Positions 61,431 to 64,000 of a stretch of DNA of 64,000 nt are shown here, one piece after another. The stretch lies in assembly GCA_965205485.1 (NCBI GenBank), contig OZ242180.1:896001-960000 (forward strand). Direction: 5' to 3'. The notes beneath the pieces were generated by a model. The model ran no database searches and was not told the origin of the DNA. It saw only the letters and a list, made by a program, of their open reading frames with translations. This stretch comes from Candidatus Latescibacterota bacterium (GTDB taxonomy: Bacteria; Latescibacterota; UBA2968; GCA-2709665). The first letter of the stretch is position 1, and each line of letters starts with the position of its first letter. The position numbers were made by a program, and so were the translations under genes.

Positions 61431-62315
61431 TCAGGCGGAATTTCCGGACGCACGCGCCTGGCATGCTTCCTCGTCTTCGATCAGCGGCACGAGGCTCGGC
61501 CGTCTGCTGGCGAAGGGCGGGTTCATCAATGCGCGCTGCAGCGGCGTCAGTTCATCCTTGAAGGACTCGTATCCGTCAGGGTGGATAGCCGGCCCTGACC
61601 CGAACACCATATCACCCGCGCCGTATCGATAAAGCAGCGTTCGGCGCTCGTGCGACGCCGTCCAGGGAAACGTGCCGTGGGTGAGCGCTTCGGTGAAGAT
61701 CAGCGCCGAGCCCGCCTTCATCGGAAGGTGTTTGAACCACTCCGGGTGCGTATCCAGGCGGCGCACGTTCCCCGGTAAGGGATAGTTCGCCCTGTGGCTG
61801 CCCGGAATGCACGCGAATCCGCCGTCCCCCGGGTTTATGTCCGTAAGCTGGTAACAGACCGCCATCAGCCCGTTCCACATCCGTCCGTCCTGGAATTCGT
61901 AATAATAAGGGCCCCTCGGCGTACCTCCCCCGTGAAACAGGAACCCCTCGGCGCCGGCCGTCATGCTGATTCCGTTCGCGTTTCCATAGCGAAACCCGTC
62001 GCCGATCAGTTCCAGCATGTAGCGCATGGTCCGAGGCTGGGTCAGCAGGTCCCGGAACGGCTGGCACCAGGGTTTGGGCCAGTTCAGGATATTCATGATA
62101 TCCCCGCGGCCGTGGGAACCCTTCAACAGGGGCGCGGCCTTGCCCCCATGCTGTTTGGCGGCGCCGGACAACCGCAGCTCGCCCTCCCGGATGTGGACCT
62201 GGTCCGGGTTGTTGTCGATCGCCTCGTTCAGCGCCGCCACTTCGTCGGTTGTCAGGATATCCTTGACAACAATATAGCCGTTCACGTCGAAATGATATCG
62301 CTCATAGTTGTCCAT
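61431..62315 (-). CDS. Phytanoyl-CoA dioxygenase (PhyH) family Fe/2OG enzyme, HxG variant
   Basis: FDVNGYIVV, GGFACIPGSH, AGSALIFTEALTHGT; the first ligand motif is FHGG. Confidence 0.85.
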   Translation of the reverse strand: MDNYERYHFDVNGYIVVKDILTTDEVAALNEAIDNNPDQVHIREGELRLSGAAKQHGGKAAPLLKGSHGRGDIMNILNWPKPWCQPFRDLLTQPRTMRYMLELIGDGFRYGNANGISMTAGAEGFLFHGGGTPRGPYYYEFQDGRMWNGLMAVCYQLTDINPGDGGFACIPGSHRANYPLPGNVRRLDTHPEWFKHLPMKAGSALIFTEALTHGTFPWTASHERRTLLYRYGAGDMVFGSGPAIHPDGYESFKDELTPLQRALMNPPFASRRPSLVPLIEDEEACQARASGNSA

Positions 62316-62416
62316 CGGCCCCTCCGTGTTTTTGCGGATGCTGTTTTCGTGTTCGTTTGGAATTCACACCTGTCCAGGACCGAAACCGACCTGGGACCGT
62401 GTGGCTGGCGTTCCCT

Positions 62417-62832
62417 GGAGCGAGGGCATCCTGCCCTCGACGGCCAAATCGCAAAGCTCTGGCGCCGATATTTTCAAGTTGATCTCGGATACAAAGGAAA
62501 CACTAAGCCCTTGATTCAAAATTATCCGAGGATCTGAACGTCGAGTATATGCAGAAGAACAAAGGCAAATTGACGTCAAGGATCCCGGACACTTGACGTC
62601 ACTGGACGTGTAGGGGAGTTTAATCCATGTGAACGACCTCCATGCCGCGTTTTCGCACCGTCACCTTCTGTGCCTTTTGTGCTTTTTGTGGTAAATTGAC
62701 GGATGTCTTTTTTCGAATTAAGATAAGCCTTGATTCCGGTATTGATGGGGCACAGGAAGTTCGAGGGCAGGATGCCCTCGCACCGAATGTTTGTGGACCA
62801 TGCCGTGGAAGAGGGCAAAATGCCTTCGGTCC
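62417..62832. repeat. Inverted pair of GAGGGCA..TGCCCTC REP-like palindromes enclosing a copy of the CACAAAA element
   Basis: 62417-62440 vs 62761-62784 (23/24 inverted match); degenerate third copy 62811-62832; 62664-62722 is the reverse complement of 10407-10465 (54/59). Confidence 0.75.
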
Positions 62833-62859
62833 ACAGGGTGTTTGTGTCCGGTATAGCGA

Positions 62860-64000
62860 CTACAGAGCCTTACCCGGTCCTGCGGCGACTCGCCACACTT
62901 CGCTGCCGCATGCCATCAGGGTTGCCGTACCGGAGGGTTCCGCGATCGCGCATGGTCCCGGCAACCCGCCCAGAGTCCGGACGTTCCCTGTCCCCGCGAC
63001 CGCGCTGAGCTGTCCCTGATCGTCGATAACGAGCGTCTCGTTTCCGAACGGCGCCAGGTGACGGATGCCCTGCTCGAAGAGACGATGCCGGAGCGGACTC
63101 CCATCCGGATTGTAACAAATCAGGAATCCCTGGCTCGTACCCGCGATCACGCGCTGGTCGGACCCAAGGAACCGGATGCCCGTGACGCGTCCGCCCAGCC
63201 GTTTCACCCAGCGCCTCTCCCATTCCCCGCCCGCATCCAGTTCGAAAATGTGCAGGTTTCGGCCGCGGTTTGCGCCGCAGCCGAGGAAATGCCGGCCTGC
63301 GGTTTCGTGAAACGCCAGCGCCGTGAGGATGCTGGTCCATCCCTCCACGTCCAGGTGCGCCTGAAAATTCCCGCGTGGGTCCAGGATGCGGCATTTCGAC
63401 GTATCGCTGAGCACCTCGCCCCCGACCACGATCTCCGGCTCGCCGCACCCATTCACGTCGGCCACACGGATACGGCCGGGCACCCCCTCGTTGTAACGCT
63501 GGCGCCACCGTTCCCGGCCCGCCCCGTCGAAACCCCGGATCTGGATGTCACCGCAGCCAACGGCAAAGAAGGCCGCCCCGTCGAACATTCCGCCTTCCAC
63601 CTGTACGGGGGCCGGTGTGGGCAGTTCCCACCAGGGCCATGGACAGGGCTCCCGCTCGATGTCCGTCTGCCAGATCCGACGTCCCCGGATATCCAGGCCG
63701 GTCAGCCTGCTCGCGCCGTGACCGACCGCCAGGATTGTGGCCTCGCCCTCCGCCGCGCCGATATCGTACACGGGACCGTCCAGATCCACGGACCAGACCG
63801 GCCCCCGTGCCGGATCGAGAAGGGTAACCAGGCCGCCCTCTGTTCCCACAACCAGCGATCCATCGCAAAGCGGGCGCATCGCGCGGATTCGATCGCCGGC
63901 GTCAAACACGCGGTTGGCACCCGTTTGCTCCGAACGGCCGTCAACGGTGAATCGCATCTTCGAGGACAGTCGCACAGGCAACACGTCGAGGCGCCGCGAC
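62860..64000 (-). CDS. C-terminal PQQ/FG-GAP-like beta-propeller region of a larger protein (5' end outside the window)
   Basis: Frame is open to the window edge; propeller repeats (LVVGTEGG, GRERWR, ADVNGCGEPEIVVG); resembles the C-terminus of 43184-46858. Confidence 0.65.
   Translation of the reverse strand, partial: SRRLDVLPVRLSSKMRFTVDGRSEQTGANRVFDAGDRIRAMRPLCDGSLVVGTEGGLVTLLDPARGPVWSVDLDGPVYDIGAAEGEATILAVGHGASRLTGLDIRGRRIWQTDIEREPCPWPWWELPTPAPVQVEGGMFDGAAFFAVGCGDIQIRGFDGAGRERWRQRYNEGVPGRIRVADVNGCGEPEIVVGGEVLSDTSKCRILDPRGNFQAHLDVEGWTSILTALAFHETAGRHFLGCGANRGRNLHIFELDAGGEWERRWVKRLGGRVTGIRFLGSDQRVIAGTSQGFLICYNPDGSPLRHRLFEQGIRHLAPFGNETLVIDDQGQLSAVAGTGNVRTLGGLPGPCAIAEPSGTATLMACGSEVWRVAAGPGKAL

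Noticed and set aside
1..64000. tRNA, rRNA, integrase, transposase or prophage genes
   Set aside because: None recognised by eye; tRNAscan-SE/Infernal would be needed to exclude small RNAs such as selC.

Overview
GC-rich bacterial chromosomal window with no rRNA, tRNA, CRISPR array or transposase that I can recognise. The gene families (five TPR+GWxTD proteins, three DUF6785/DUF6784-type membrane proteins, PhyH dioxygenases, heparinase-like and beta-propeller proteins) suggest a Latescibacterota-like uncultured organism; this is inference only. Content: catabolic oxidoreductases; a hidden ~396-codon probable selenoprotein split by an in-frame TGA (CxU, thioredoxin-like; 3442-4632); a parE-parC topoisomerase IV pair; tandem beta-helix lipoproteins; an ECF sigma/zinc anti-sigma operon heading three large TPR+GWxTD exported proteins, with two more ~9 kb away, one of which carries the same GAACC-N17-GTCT promoter motif; a YtrA/GntR ABC operon with duplicated permeases; a glycan/uronate utilisation region (uxuA, heparinase II/III-like proteins, sugar ABC system, beta-helix+PKD protein); an MNT-HEPN toxin-antitoxin pair; a small AT-richer islet with an ART-like orphan and a coupled partner; and several families of intergenic repeats, including a ~135-nt structured element present twice with compensatory changes. 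Three single-base frameshifts look like assembly errors. All family calls come from motif recognition by eye, not from database searches.
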